NCBI GenBank assembly: GCA_965262615.1
Contig: OZ253545.1
Span: 736,001 to 800,000 of the forward strand
Direction: 5' to 3'
Source of the DNA: Alphaproteobacteria bacterium
GTDB taxonomy: Bacteria; Pseudomonadota; Alphaproteobacteria; GM7ARS4; G965262615
Length of the DNA: 64,000 nucleotides
The number at the start of each line of letters is the position of its first letter. Position 1 is the stretch's first letter. Positions 8,651 to 19,092 of the stretch are shown piece by piece. Under the pieces are notes generated by a model. That model searched no databases and was not told where the DNA came from. It saw nothing but the letters and a program-made list of their open reading frames with translations. Both the position numbers and the translations under genes were made by a program.

Positions 8651-10708
8651 TCAGTTTTTACGGTCGCAATCTGTGCCAATGAAAAGAAGGGCTTTTTTAG
8701 CTTCCTTGCTTTCAAACCTTAAATCCCATCGTTTTTCCATAAAATCCAACAAGAGAAGACCGCGTTCTTCAATAGCCTCAGGTGTCCATTCTTCATACTT
8801 ATGAGCGACCTCAATTTCTGAATGTGACCCGTCTGAGTAGCCATTTCTGGTTTTTGTGCCAGCACCGTTGGTTCTTGGCTTTTTCTTGTCAGCAAAATCA
8901 GCATTCTGCAAAGAGCTGTTAATGGACATTGACAAAAGCAGCAAGTTTCCTATAGAGCCACTGTAAAATGGATATTTTTCCTCATCTACTGATGCAAAAA
9001 AGCTCTTCCAGCCATTTGTAGGCGTTTGAGGAAATATATGCTCTATAGACACCTTATCTTTAGGCGTTTTAAGCAAATCTTCCCACACTGGTTCTTTTTT
9101 CTGCCTATTTTGTGACAGTAAATCAAGCTCATATTCGTACAAGAAATAACGCAACCCATTCCAGCCATAGTAGCCGTTTTTGTCACCACTATTGAAGCGT
9201 TTGTCAATATGGTTGTAGAAATACTTGGAATTAAACGCGCCGTCACCATGAAAGAAGTCTTTCATCGCAGCATCCAGCTTCTGCTTAATTTTTGACAATG
9301 TGAGTTGCCCCCAATTTAATTCGCGTGATGCACTGTAAAATTCGCTGTCTCTGTAATTGCCGCGAACCTGACTCAAGCGAAAAACAATGAAGATAAACCG
9401 TTCTATATGCTTGAGGAGGTCTATCCTTTTTTCGGGGCTACTTTCATTCTTGAATAGAGACATTATCAGAGGTCGGAAATATCCAATTCCGATTCTGATC
9501 AGACAATTAAGGGCATTTTTTTCGTCACCTGATAATCCTGTTGCCAAATCAGGGTAGTGAGAATTGAACCAATGAACAGCTGACTCTTTTAGACTATCCA
9601 CATAATCCCTGATTTCATTTGGTGGCAGATAATCTGCCATGATGCCATCCTCAGCACTGCCATCATCACTATCTGAACGATGCTCTTCCTCATTTTTTTT
9701 ATGAATTCTCTGCGGCGAAAACTGCTCATCAAGCAAGAATCTAGTGTAGGCGTTGCCCCTTCTCCTTGAATATTGAAAATACATAATCCAATGGTCTTTC
9801 AGAAAATCATCATCATTTAATGGTCGTTTATCATTGCGACCAAGCTGGCGATACACTTCTTTCCAAGCACTATTTATTGCATCTCTGAGACTTTTACGCT
9901 CTGATGCATCCAGATCGTCTTCGGTGTAAAGTGTTGTCAGGTAAATCAAGCGGTTCTTGAGCAGCTCCAAATCAGACAAGCGTTTTCCGCGATTATTCAT
10001 CGTTTCAAATGCAACAAAAACATCAAACTCATCCTTAATCACATACTCGTTAAATAAAAACTTCTTTGTGATCTTTTTGTAGATTTTTTGCAGACCATCA
10101 GTGCCATATTTAGCATATAGCCCTTCCAGCTGCCCATCAAAATACAGTTTTGCATTTCGTAAATTTAAAGTGTAAAAGGTTTCCTCCATAGACGGAGAAC
10201 CATTTTCGTTGAAAATTTTATACCGAAGATATCTATAGCTTGGGTTGTCTTCCATATAGCCAAATTTATAGGTGCGATACCTATCACCTCTCGGCTTTGT
10301 CATAAACAAATAATTTTTTATGACTTCTTCTAAGTGGATGTTTTCCGTAATATAAATTTCACTATTTTCTCTTCCATCGTTTTCATCCTGCCTCTTTACA
10401 ACATTAATAAGGGATTGGAGAAAAATCACAAAAGTGGTCAGGCGTTGCTGACCATCCACTATGTGGCACATTTTGTATGAATATTCATCCACCAGCCAAT
10501 GCTCATAGCTAGTTTCTGCTACATCATTTGGATCGACTTCTTTCAAAGTAAGCACGCCAGTATAATGCGAGCGATTACTAGGTAGATTTATGAGGTCTTC
10601 CCAAAAGTCCTTAAAATGGCTTTCTTGCCAAGCATAACCGCGCTGATAATCAGGAATTCTGAATATCCTTTCCTTAAAGAGACTATCCAATGACTTCAGT
10701 TTATCCAT
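8651..10708 (-). CDS. DUF262-DUF1524 fusion (GmrSD-like type IV restriction endonuclease)
   Basis: IPDYQRGYAW, VDGQQRLTT, FETMNNRG, IEHIFPQ, GNLLLLS..NSSLQN motifs; low GC. Confidence 0.88.
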   Translation of the reverse strand: MDKLKSLDSLFKERIFRIPDYQRGYAWQESHFKDFWEDLINLPSNRSHYTGVLTLKEVDPNDVAETSYEHWLVDEYSYKMCHIVDGQQRLTTFVIFLQSLINVVKRQDENDGRENSEIYITENIHLEEVIKNYLFMTKPRGDRYRTYKFGYMEDNPSYRYLRYKIFNENGSPSMEETFYTLNLRNAKLYFDGQLEGLYAKYGTDGLQKIYKKITKKFLFNEYVIKDEFDVFVAFETMNNRGKRLSDLELLKNRLIYLTTLYTEDDLDASERKSLRDAINSAWKEVYRQLGRNDKRPLNDDDFLKDHWIMYFQYSRRRGNAYTRFLLDEQFSPQRIHKKNEEEHRSDSDDGSAEDGIMADYLPPNEIRDYVDSLKESAVHWFNSHYPDLATGLSGDEKNALNCLIRIGIGYFRPLIMSLFKNESSPEKRIDLLKHIERFIFIVFRLSQVRGNYRDSEFYSASRELNWGQLTLSKIKQKLDAAMKDFFHGDGAFNSKYFYNHIDKRFNSGDKNGYYGWNGLRYFLYEYELDLLSQNRQKKEPVWEDLLKTPKDKVSIEHIFPQTPTNGWKSFFASVDEEKYPFYSGSIGNLLLLSMSINSSLQNADFADKKKPRTNGAGTKTRNGYSDGSHSEIEVAHKYEEWTPEAIEERGLLLLDFMEKRWDLRFESKEAKKALLFIGTDCDRKN

Positions 10709-10797
10709 AACACTCTATACTCTAAACATTTATTCCTTCATGTGCAATCTATTTTATGGTAAGTGGATTCGGGGCGAAATTGCCGTTTTTTCATCTT

Positions 10798-11730
10798 TTA
10801 TGTTATTTTTTGCCAAAAAATCTCAGCCCCATTGATTCCACTCAGTTGCAACAGGGTGACCAATCCGGTGGGTGAGGTGACATTGATTTCGGTGAGATAA
10901 TCACCGATCACATCCAACCCCACAAAGAACAATCCGTGCTGCCGCACAAACGAACGCACCGTTTTGACGATGGCATCATCCTCTGGCGTGAGCTCATAAG
11001 GAATCGCCGTGCCGCCGCGCGCGAGATTGGCGCGTCCGTCACCAGCAGACGGCAGACGGCTGAACGCTCCCACCGCCTCGCCATCAATCATGATGATGCG
11101 TTTGTCGCCGCTTGATTCAATGGCGGGCTCATAGCGTTGCACCATCACCGCCGTGCCATAGGATTGCACGAGGGTATCAAAAGCCGCCACGCCGTTGGCA
11201 TCATCGGGCGCAATGATAAAAATGCCTGCGCCGCCCTTATCATGCAAAGGCTTGAGAACCACCTTGCCATGCGCCGCGCGAAACTCCTCATAGAGTGTGA
11301 CATCGTGTGTGACCAGTGTGGGCGGCATCAATGATGGAAAAAAACACGCCGCCAATTTTTCAGGACAATTGCGCACCCCCACAGGGTCATTGATGATGCG
11401 AATGGAAGGATGATTTTTCTGCAACGCCTCCAGTAGCCATGTTGCCGTCAGATACGCCATGTCAAAAGGCGGGTCTTGCCGCAACAAAATGACATCACTG
11501 CGATGAAGGGGCAACACATAGGAAGATGAGGCGCGCCATTGTTGCTGCGTGTCATCAAAAGCGAGGTCACACCCGCGCGCATTGAGCTCGCCATCGCGCA
11601 TGGTGAGGTGCTGTGGCTCATAGGAGAAAAAAGTCGCATCACTTCGCCCAATGTGTTTGAGCAAAAACAGCGTGGAGTCGGTCTCATGATTGAGCCGCGC
11701 CAGACAATCCATTTGCACCGCCACCAACAT
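10798..11730 (-). CDS. gshB: Glutathione synthetase
   Basis: RQDPPFDMAY, RNCPEKL, GDKRII, RANLARGG, EINVTSPTG. Confidence 0.96.
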   Translation of the reverse strand: MLVAVQMDCLARLNHETDSTLFLLKHIGRSDATFFSYEPQHLTMRDGELNARGCDLAFDDTQQQWRASSSYVLPLHRSDVILLRQDPPFDMAYLTATWLLEALQKNHPSIRIINDPVGVRNCPEKLAACFFPSLMPPTLVTHDVTLYEEFRAAHGKVVLKPLHDKGGAGIFIIAPDDANGVAAFDTLVQSYGTAVMVQRYEPAIESSGDKRIIMIDGEAVGAFSRLPSAGDGRANLARGGTAIPYELTPEDDAIVKTVRSFVRQHGLFFVGLDVIGDYLTEINVTSPTGLVTLLQLSGINGAEIFWQKIT

Positions 11731-12482
11731 TAAAAATCAATCCGTTTGAGAACAGCCTCAGGCAGGTGACCAATCACCATCATAATCCACCGCCAGTAAT
11801 GGGGATAGTAGAGCACATTTTTTTTGCGCCGCCACGCTTTTTTGATGGCGCGGGCTAAATCTGCGGGATGTGCCACAGGAGTCGCTGTCGCTAAGTTCCA
11901 TGTCATGGAGCTGTCAATGGGACCCGCTTTGACGGTCAAAACGGGAATGGCATGAGGATGCAAGCGGGCGCGCAGTCCTTCCAAATAAACCGAGACCGAT
12001 GCCTTCGCCGCGCCATAAACATAATTGCTGGGCTTGCCGCGATCCCCCGCCACCGATGAGAGAACCGTCAAAGACCCCCCGCCGCGCTGTTCCAATGTGG
12101 CGGCAAAACAATGCAACAATGCAATGAGAGACGAGCCATTGGTTTGCAGCGTTTGGGTGAGCAGAGCGGCATCATCATTGAGGTCGCGTTGGCTGGGCAT
12201 CGTGCCGATGGCACAAAAAATGTGCATGGGCTGCTTGCCTAGCAGACGGCAACATTGATTAACGAGTGCGGCGTGCTGGTCATGATGCAACACATCGCTG
12301 GTCATGATATGAGTCTTGGCATGGGTGCGCAGTGTGAGGTCTTGACCAATGACGGTGAGGTCGTCCGTGTCTCGTCCCACAAGAATGATTTTTTGTTGCG
12401 GCTTGGCAATGGCAAAGGCAAACGCGCGCGCAAGCGGTGAACTCGCGCCCAGTATAATCCATCCGTGTGCGGCGGTGGTCAT
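11730..12482 (-). CDS. Short-chain dehydrogenase, DprE2-like
   Basis: ILGASS, SSVAGDRGKPSNYVYGAAKA; ATGA-coupled to the DprE1-like gene. Confidence 0.82.
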   Translation of the reverse strand: MTTAAHGWIILGASSPLARAFAFAIAKPQQKIILVGRDTDDLTVIGQDLTLRTHAKTHIMTSDVLHHDQHAALVNQCCRLLGKQPMHIFCAIGTMPSQRDLNDDAALLTQTLQTNGSSLIALLHCFAATLEQRGGGSLTVLSSVAGDRGKPSNYVYGAAKASVSVYLEGLRARLHPHAIPVLTVKAGPIDSSMTWNLATATPVAHPADLARAIKKAWRRKKNVLYYPHYWRWIMMVIGHLPEAVLKRIDF

Positions 12483-13774
12483 GTCAATTGCAGGCGGCGC
12501 GCCATGGTGGAGGAAAAAATACCATGAGGGTCGGCGGCGCGTTTGATTGTGAGCCATTCCTTGTGACGCGAATACATGGCGGCAAAGCCGCGCGGCGAGA
12601 GATAGTCATCTTTGGCGAGATACCACCGTCCCTGATGGTCAAGGGTGATGGCTTCCAGTTCGCGAAACAGCTCAGGGCAATGGCGATGATGCTTGATGTC
12701 CATCGCCAGCGTCATGCCCGCCATGGGAAATGACAACAAGCCGCCACTGCCGCGTTCTCCCAAGCGTTTGATGACCGCCAAAGGAACGACATGAGACGAA
12801 TCGCGCACCAATTGAACAATGCGCGCCAATCCGTGTGCGGCGGTGTCATGAGGCAGCACCAGTTGGCATTGATGAAAGCCGTGTTTGCCGTACCAGCGAT
12901 TCCAATGGGCAATGCCGTCCAAGGGAAAAAAATAAGAGTATAAACTTTGCCGCTTATTATTCCTCTTGAGGCGATGAAGCTCATAATACAATCGGTTAAA
13001 CAGGAGGGCAGTGGTGGCGTTCAACAACGCAGGATGCATTGGAACAAAGCGAGCTTGTGCGGGGGTGATGGTGGCGCGGACGCGATCGCGCTCATGGAAA
13101 GCCGATGAGCAAATGCCTCGTTCGTCATTCATATTAAACCATGCCACCTCGTAAGGGTGTGGTTTAGGATTCTGAAACCATGCCAGCATTTCCTGCAAGG
13201 AGCGCGTGGGGTGATGACTGACGCGCATGAAGGGCGATGAGATCTTTTTCATGACAAAAGACATCCGCACAATGATTCCCGTGAGTCCGCAGCCCCCAAT
13301 GGTGGCATGCCACAAAGAGGGATCGCGTGTTGCACGCAAATGATGAACCGTGCCATCGCTGGTCATGAGGTCACACTGACGCACATGGCAGGCAAAGCTG
13401 CCCTCGTTATGATGATTTTTGCCATGAATGTCATTGGCAAACGCGCCGCCCAGAGTGATAGCACTGGTTCCCGCCAGCACGGGAGGAATGAAGCCGCGCG
13501 GCACAAAGTGACGAAGAATATCGCGCATTGTCACGCCGCTTTCCGCCGTGAGCAGTCCGCTTTTGCCATCAAAAGACACAAAACGGTTGAGCTGAGTCAT
13601 GAGAACAGCCGCGCCGTCATCATTGAGACATTGGTCGCCGTAGCTGCGGCGGCGTCCGATGGGGAGCACGGATGGCGAACTCAGGCAGCTGGCGCATTGC
13701 GATTGCCGTTCAGGACGGAGCAGTGTCATGGCGGCGCGCCGATGCCGTCCCCAGCCGTGCATGACCCGTTTCAT
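12479..13774 (-). CDS. FAD-binding oxidoreductase, DprE1-like
   Basis: GWGR, GRRRSYGD, TLGGAFANDIHGKNHH, WNRWYG..GF.Q.Q, YLAKD, SSTMARRL. Confidence 0.88.
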   Translation of the reverse strand: MKRVMHGWGRHRRAAMTLLRPERQSQCASCLSSPSVLPIGRRRSYGDQCLNDDGAAVLMTQLNRFVSFDGKSGLLTAESGVTMRDILRHFVPRGFIPPVLAGTSAITLGGAFANDIHGKNHHNEGSFACHVRQCDLMTSDGTVHHLRATRDPSLWHATIGGCGLTGIIVRMSFVMKKISSPFMRVSHHPTRSLQEMLAWFQNPKPHPYEVAWFNMNDERGICSSAFHERDRVRATITPAQARFVPMHPALLNATTALLFNRLYYELHRLKRNNKRQSLYSYFFPLDGIAHWNRWYGKHGFHQCQLVLPHDTAAHGLARIVQLVRDSSHVVPLAVIKRLGERGSGGLLSFPMAGMTLAMDIKHHRHCPELFRELEAITLDHQGRWYLAKDDYLSPRGFAAMYSRHKEWLTIKRAADPHGIFSSTMARRLQLT

Positions 13775-14658
13775 GATGTCACGCCGTGCAGAATGGCAAG
13801 AAACAAAGAACCCCAAGTCAGTGTGATGAACAATAACATTCGGTCTTTGAAGAGCAAGGATGTGGGGTCACTGCCCTCATTTTTCATCAGAACACATTGC
13901 AGATAGCGCAAAACGCCCGCCACCACGAGGGGGATGGTCATGAACAATTGCGTTCCCACTTGCTGATTCACAATACGCACATCGGTGCTGTACACAATGT
14001 ATCCCGCCAGCAGAGAGGCAAGAATCACCGTGAGGCTATGATTGAGCATTTCCGCACTGTAGAGCGGGTTGGAGTCATTGTTTTTGATGACATCATCACG
14101 ACGCTTGGCAAGAACGATAAACAATGCCAGCAAAAAAATCACATTGAACAAAAACACGCTCACAGTGACATCAATGGGAAGCGCACCGCCATAGACGCGT
14201 AATAAAAATCCGCTGGTGACGCACAGCAGGTCGGCAATCGCCATCCGCTTGAGAAACAGACTGTAGCTGATATTGATGGCGAGATAGAGCAGCAAAAGCA
14301 GAATGAAGGAGCGTCCGACAAAATGTGCGGCGAGAGAAAAGCCAGCAATGAGCAAACACATCATTGCCAGTAGCACGATGGAAGGTGATATGATTTTTGC
14401 CGCCAGAGGGCGATGTTTTTTTTGTGGATGCCGCCGATCCATATCGGCATCACATAAATCATTCATCATATAGACGGCAGAACTGATGAGCATAAAGCTC
14501 GCCATGACCACCGCCACCAGCATTGATTGGGGATGCTCATAGGCGAGGGGCGTGCAAAAGAGGGGCACGAGGACAAAAATATTTTTTGTCCATTGATGGG
14601 GTCTGGCTAATTGCCACAGGGCGTAAAAGAGCTTACCTTCTGCGTTGTGCGTCATCAT
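13771..14658 (-). CDS. UbiA-family polyprenyl-phosphate phosphoribosyltransferase
   Basis: RPHQWTKN, YMMNDLCD..DRRHPQKKHRPLA, KRR; multiple TM segments; start uncertain. Confidence 0.88.
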   Translation of the reverse strand: MMTHNAEGKLFYALWQLARPHQWTKNIFVLVPLFCTPLAYEHPQSMLVAVVMASFMLISSAVYMMNDLCDADMDRRHPQKKHRPLAAKIISPSIVLLAMMCLLIAGFSLAAHFVGRSFILLLLLYLAINISYSLFLKRMAIADLLCVTSGFLLRVYGGALPIDVTVSVFLFNVIFLLALFIVLAKRRDDVIKNNDSNPLYSAEMLNHSLTVILASLLAGYIVYSTDVRIVNQQVGTQLFMTIPLVVAGVLRYLQCVLMKNEGSDPTSLLFKDRMLLFITLTWGSLFLAILHGVTS

Positions 14659-14714
14659 TGATGACACCATAGCAACAAACATAGAATGATACAAACAAGG
14701 AGACGAGTAACGAT

Positions 14715-16976
14715 ATGAGGATGCGTTTGTTACTGGTGATGAGTTGTGTCGCGTTGTCTGGATGTGCGACATTGTTTCCCGCGCAGTTATCTCTGCAGGA
14801 GCGATTGGCGATGTTTCCGCAGGACAACATTCCTGTGCGCGGCGAGGTGACGCTACGCTGGAATGAGTTTCAAGTTCCCGTCATTGAGGCGCAATATGAT
14901 GAGGATGTTCCGTTGATGCTGGGGTTGGTGCATGCTCATTTGCGTTGGGGTCAGGTGGCGTTTTTTCGGCGTGTGGCGAAGGGAAGGCTCAGCGAGATGG
15001 CGGGCCCGTGGGTCAATGACATTGATCACATCATTCGGATGTTGGGAATCAGTTCCGACAATGAGCGGTTGTGGCGCGCCATGTCTGATGAGGCGCGCGT
15101 GTGGATTTCGCGTTTTGTCAGAGGATTCAATTATTATCAGCAGCATATGATTAAAAATAATTCTCTGCCGCCGAGTTTTTCTCTTTTGGGCATTGAGCCG
15201 GAACCATTGACTCATTTGGATGTGGTCACTTTGATGCGTCTGTCGGGTTCGGACATCAGTTGGTTTGCGTTATTGTCGGTGTTGATGGGCGATGACCCTC
15301 AGCTGTCTGGGCAACGGGCGGAGGCATTTTGGCGACAATTGATTGAGTCCTACAGCGATGGTGCGTCGTTATCGGATTTGCGAGCGGCGCGCGAGGAGGA
15401 AGCATTGTCATTGCTGAGCGGTCTGTTTTCATCCTATGGACGGGTGGGCAGCAACAGTTTTGCCATTGCACCGAAGCGGTCATCATCGGGCGGGGCATTG
15501 CTGGTGAATGATCCTCATTTGGGTTCTTCGTCTCCCAATTTTTGGGTGATGGCATCCATTCATTCGCCGTCATACGATGTGGTGGGCTTCATGATGGCGG
15601 GCGTGCCTGTGATGGCAATGGGACGCAATCGTCATGTGGCATGGGGTGGCACTCATATGCGGGGCATGATGAGCGATTTGTTTGATGTCTCTGACTTGGT
15701 CGCGCGCCGGCAATTTAGCAAGGAGACCACCACCATCAAAACACGCTGGTGGTTTGATGAAGAAGTCACACTGCGGGACACCGATTATGGCATGATTGTC
15801 ACCGATTCGCCTCTGCTTCATAAGCCCGCAGGCAAGGATGTGGCACTGCGCTGGATTGGACAGGGAGAGTCCGATGAACTGACCACATTTTTGCGGATGA
15901 TGCGCGCCACCAATTCTACCGAATTTGAACAAGCCTTTGCCACCTATGCTGTTCCCAGCATTAATTATCTCTATGCCACCAAAGACGGTGTCATCGGCAA
16001 GCTTTATGGCGGACGCTTTCCCGACCGAGACGAGGAACGGATGTATCAATTTCCCAAAAGCATTCAAGAGGATGATTGGCGCGCCTTTCATGATGCGTTG
16101 TCATTGCCCATTGCGCGCAATCCAGAACGGGGCTTTCTTGTGTCCGGTAATGATGCGCCCGACAATTTGGGTGATGAGCGCATCGGTTACTTTTTCTCAT
16201 CTAAGGATCGCGTGGAGCGCATGGCACAAATGATTGTCGCCAAAGAAAAACTGAATCTTGACGATGTGCGTCACATTTTGTTGGATGTGAAATCGGAACG
16301 GTCATTGTATCTGGCATCGGTCATGCAGGCTCAATTGCAACGATGGGGCATCACCGATGAGCTTTTGGCGGCGTGGGACGGGCGTTATGATGTCAATTCG
16401 CAAGGTGCGGTGCGCTTTGAATTGATGCTTTACTACTTGGCACACGCGCTCTATGGCGATGAGGATGGTGACATTCCCCGATGGCAAAGACGCTGGACTG
16501 CCTTATCCAGCTCACTGGAGAAGGACATCAATGCCCTGCCAACGGAAGAACACAGACGCATCGTGACAACGGCATGGCAGCAGGCAAAAGAAAGACAAGA
16601 GGAACTGCCTCGCTGGGGAGATATGCATCGCATGAAAACGGGATATATTCTCAAAGCCGTTCCGGTGCTGGGGGCATTGTTTACTGATGGCGAGTGGGGC
16701 ATTGCGGGGTCACGCTCCACATTGTTCAAAAGCAGTCATAATTTGGTGGATGACAAGCATTATACCAGTTATGGTTCGCAATCGCGTCTGATCAGCGATA
16801 TGAGCGATGATGATGCCAATTACGCCATTCTCATCGGCGGACAGGATGGATGGCTCGGCAGTGCCAGCTTCAGTGACCAGACACCATTGTGGCGTGAAGG
16901 CAAATTTATTCAATTGCCATTGACGGCAGAAAAGCGTCGGCAACTCTTTTCCAATGTGATGCGCTTTGCTCCATGA
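14715..16976 (+). CDS. Penicillin acylase-family (Ntn) amidase, probable lipoprotein
   Basis: LSGC lipobox; GLVHAHLR, GRLSEMAG, GSNSFAI nucleophile Ser, LLVNDPHL. Confidence 0.9.
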   Translation: MRMRLLLVMSCVALSGCATLFPAQLSLQERLAMFPQDNIPVRGEVTLRWNEFQVPVIEAQYDEDVPLMLGLVHAHLRWGQVAFFRRVAKGRLSEMAGPWVNDIDHIIRMLGISSDNERLWRAMSDEARVWISRFVRGFNYYQQHMIKNNSLPPSFSLLGIEPEPLTHLDVVTLMRLSGSDISWFALLSVLMGDDPQLSGQRAEAFWRQLIESYSDGASLSDLRAAREEEALSLLSGLFSSYGRVGSNSFAIAPKRSSSGGALLVNDPHLGSSSPNFWVMASIHSPSYDVVGFMMAGVPVMAMGRNRHVAWGGTHMRGMMSDLFDVSDLVARRQFSKETTTIKTRWWFDEEVTLRDTDYGMIVTDSPLLHKPAGKDVALRWIGQGESDELTTFLRMMRATNSTEFEQAFATYAVPSINYLYATKDGVIGKLYGGRFPDRDEERMYQFPKSIQEDDWRAFHDALSLPIARNPERGFLVSGNDAPDNLGDERIGYFFSSKDRVERMAQMIVAKEKLNLDDVRHILLDVKSERSLYLASVMQAQLQRWGITDELLAAWDGRYDVNSQGAVRFELMLYYLAHALYGDEDGDIPRWQRRWTALSSSLEKDINALPTEEHRRIVTTAWQQAKERQEELPRWGDMHRMKTGYILKAVPVLGALFTDGEWGIAGSRSTLFKSSHNLVDDKHYTSYGSQSRLISDMSDDDANYAILIGGQDGWLGSASFSDQTPLWREGKFIQLPLTAEKRRQLFSNVMRFAP

Positions 16977-18499
16977 TCAATCGGGCGTTTGGTTTGTATT
17001 GTCGCACTCGCGCCGCGTCCATCATGAGACGAGATGATGTGCAGTGCCAGCAGCGATGGTTTCGCACCCTCATTGAGCAAGGAACAAAAACGCAATTGGG
17101 ACGAGACTATGACTTTGCCTCCATTGATTCCATTGAAACCTATCAAGAGCGCGTGCCTCTGCATACCTATGAATCTCTGGCACAGCGATATTATGAGGGG
17201 GAGCTGCCGCCGCGAGCGGGGGTGTTATGGCATCAGCCCTGTCGCTATGTGGCACTGTCTTCTGGCACAACGACGGCTGCCACCAAGCGGCTGCCTTTGA
17301 CATCGGAAATGATGAGGTATCATCAGCGGGCGGCGTGGGATGTGATGGCGTGGCATTGTCATCATGGCGGCACACTCAATATGATGAACGGACTTTGTTT
17401 TATGCTGGGAGGCAGCACGAATTTAAAAAAACGAAGGGATTTTTATGAAGGCGATTTGAGTGCCATTGCCACCATGACATCGCCGTCTTTTTTGCGTCAC
17501 ATTATTTTTCCGCCGCGCGATTTGGCTCTGCTGAGCAATTGGGAGGAGAAGTTAGAGCGCATGGTGACAGCCATCGTGCCGCAACGCCATCGGGTGACAC
17601 TGCTCACGGGAGCGACATCATGGCTGTTGTTGCTGCTCAAGAGGGTGCAGAATCATTGTGGTGATATTCCTTTTCCCAATTTGCAATTATTGATTCATGG
17701 AGGGATGTCCTACGGCATGTATCATGAGCATCTTCAGCCACTGGTGCGGAATTTGAACGGTGTGCGGCGCGAGGTGTATCCCGCCAGCGAGGCATTTATT
17801 GCTGTGCAGGATGGCATGGCGCATGATGATTTTGCTCCGCCATTGCGGTTGTTGTCTCATCATGGCGTGTTTTATGAGTTTGTGCGTTTGCAAGATATGA
17901 AGTTGCGTCATCCTCCTGCTGTTTGGCTCGGAGATGTGACGGTTGGGGATGACTATGCCATTGTGCTCACCACGGCGGCGGGTCTGTGGCGATATGTGAT
18001 TGGCGACACGGTGCGTTTTTACGAGAAAAATCCGCCGCGTCTCAAAATCACGGGACGCATTTCGTGGTTTGTCTCGGCGGTGGGAGAGCATGTGTCTGGT
18101 GAGGAATTGGAACGAGCGGTGCGCGGGGCGATGGCATTGCTGCCGCAGCTGGGGGACATTCATGAGTACAGCGTTGGCGTTTCATTGCGTGATGATGGCA
18201 GAGGGCATCACGACTATGTCATTGAGGTGGATACTTTTGTCTCGCAAAAAAAAATGTGTGAGCGGTGTGCCATTGAGATTGATAAAATTATTCAAAAAGG
18301 CAATAGTGACTACATGGATCATCGCAAAGGAGATACGAGTTTGTTGGTGCCGCGCGTGTGCATTGTGCCAAAGGGATTTTTTCTTGGATGGATGAAACAA
18401 AGAGGCAAAATGGGGGGGCAAAATAAAGTGCCGCGAGTGATTAATGATCAAAAGCTCTGGCGACACTTGTGGCAATCGGCTGAGCAGGCTTCATGCTAA
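16973..18499 (+). CDS. GH3-family acyl-adenylate/amide synthetase-like protein
   Basis: LSSGTT, YPASEAF, GLWRYVIGD, GGQNKVPR. Confidence 0.9.
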   Translation: MINRAFGLYCRTRAASIMRRDDVQCQQRWFRTLIEQGTKTQLGRDYDFASIDSIETYQERVPLHTYESLAQRYYEGELPPRAGVLWHQPCRYVALSSGTTTAATKRLPLTSEMMRYHQRAAWDVMAWHCHHGGTLNMMNGLCFMLGGSTNLKKRRDFYEGDLSAIATMTSPSFLRHIIFPPRDLALLSNWEEKLERMVTAIVPQRHRVTLLTGATSWLLLLLKRVQNHCGDIPFPNLQLLIHGGMSYGMYHEHLQPLVRNLNGVRREVYPASEAFIAVQDGMAHDDFAPPLRLLSHHGVFYEFVRLQDMKLRHPPAVWLGDVTVGDDYAIVLTTAAGLWRYVIGDTVRFYEKNPPRLKITGRISWFVSAVGEHVSGEELERAVRGAMALLPQLGDIHEYSVGVSLRDDGRGHHDYVIEVDTFVSQKKMCERCAIEIDKIIQKGNSDYMDHRKGDTSLLVPRVCIVPKGFFLGWMKQRGKMGGQNKVPRVINDQKLWRHLWQSAEQASC

Positions 18500-19092
18500 A
18501 GGCGGGGGGACTTTTTTTCTACCGCTGGTTACGCCGTCCGTTGCGGGTGGGGTCTGTGTTGCCCAGCTCGCGCATTTTCGGACGCTCAGTGGCGAGCTAT
18601 GTGTGTGATGTCATTGAGTCGCAGGGGTATGTGATTGATGTGGGTGCGGGAACGGGATCATTTTCGCGCGCCTTGCTCAATGGCGGTCTGCCGCCCAATA
18701 GGCTGGTGTTGATTGAAAAAGATGCCACACTGGCATCTTTTTTGCGGAAGAATTTTTCCCATCTGACCTTGTGGCAAGATGATGCGACAAATGTGCGCCG
18801 TTTGATTTCTCATCATCAGATTGCGCCTGTCAATTTCATTTTATCGGGCTTGCCGTTGCCCAGCATTCCGTGGCGCAAGCGGTATCGCATTTTGCTGACC
18901 ATTCGGCGATGCTTGCAGGACGGCGGATTTTACGGACAGCTCAGTTATCTGCCTTTTTTGTGCATTGGTCACAAATTGTTGCAGCGCATTGGTTTGCAGG
19001 TGACGGGGCGCGTCTTTGCCTTTTGGAATGTGCCGCCGGGGTCGGTGTGGATTTTGACGGCGTGTCCGCCTGTCAAACGGCAGGCATTATGA
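18493..19092 (+). CDS. Class I SAM methyltransferase, PmtA/COG3963 phospholipid N-methyltransferase-like
   Basis: VGSVLPSS, DVGAGTG, ILSGLP, NVPP. Confidence 0.85.
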   Translation: MLKAGGLFFYRWLRRPLRVGSVLPSSRIFGRSVASYVCDVIESQGYVIDVGAGTGSFSRALLNGGLPPNRLVLIEKDATLASFLRKNFSHLTLWQDDATNVRRLISHHQIAPVNFILSGLPLPSIPWRKRYRILLTIRRCLQDGGFYGQLSYLPFLCIGHKLLQRIGLQVTGRVFAFWNVPPGSVWILTACPPVKRQAL

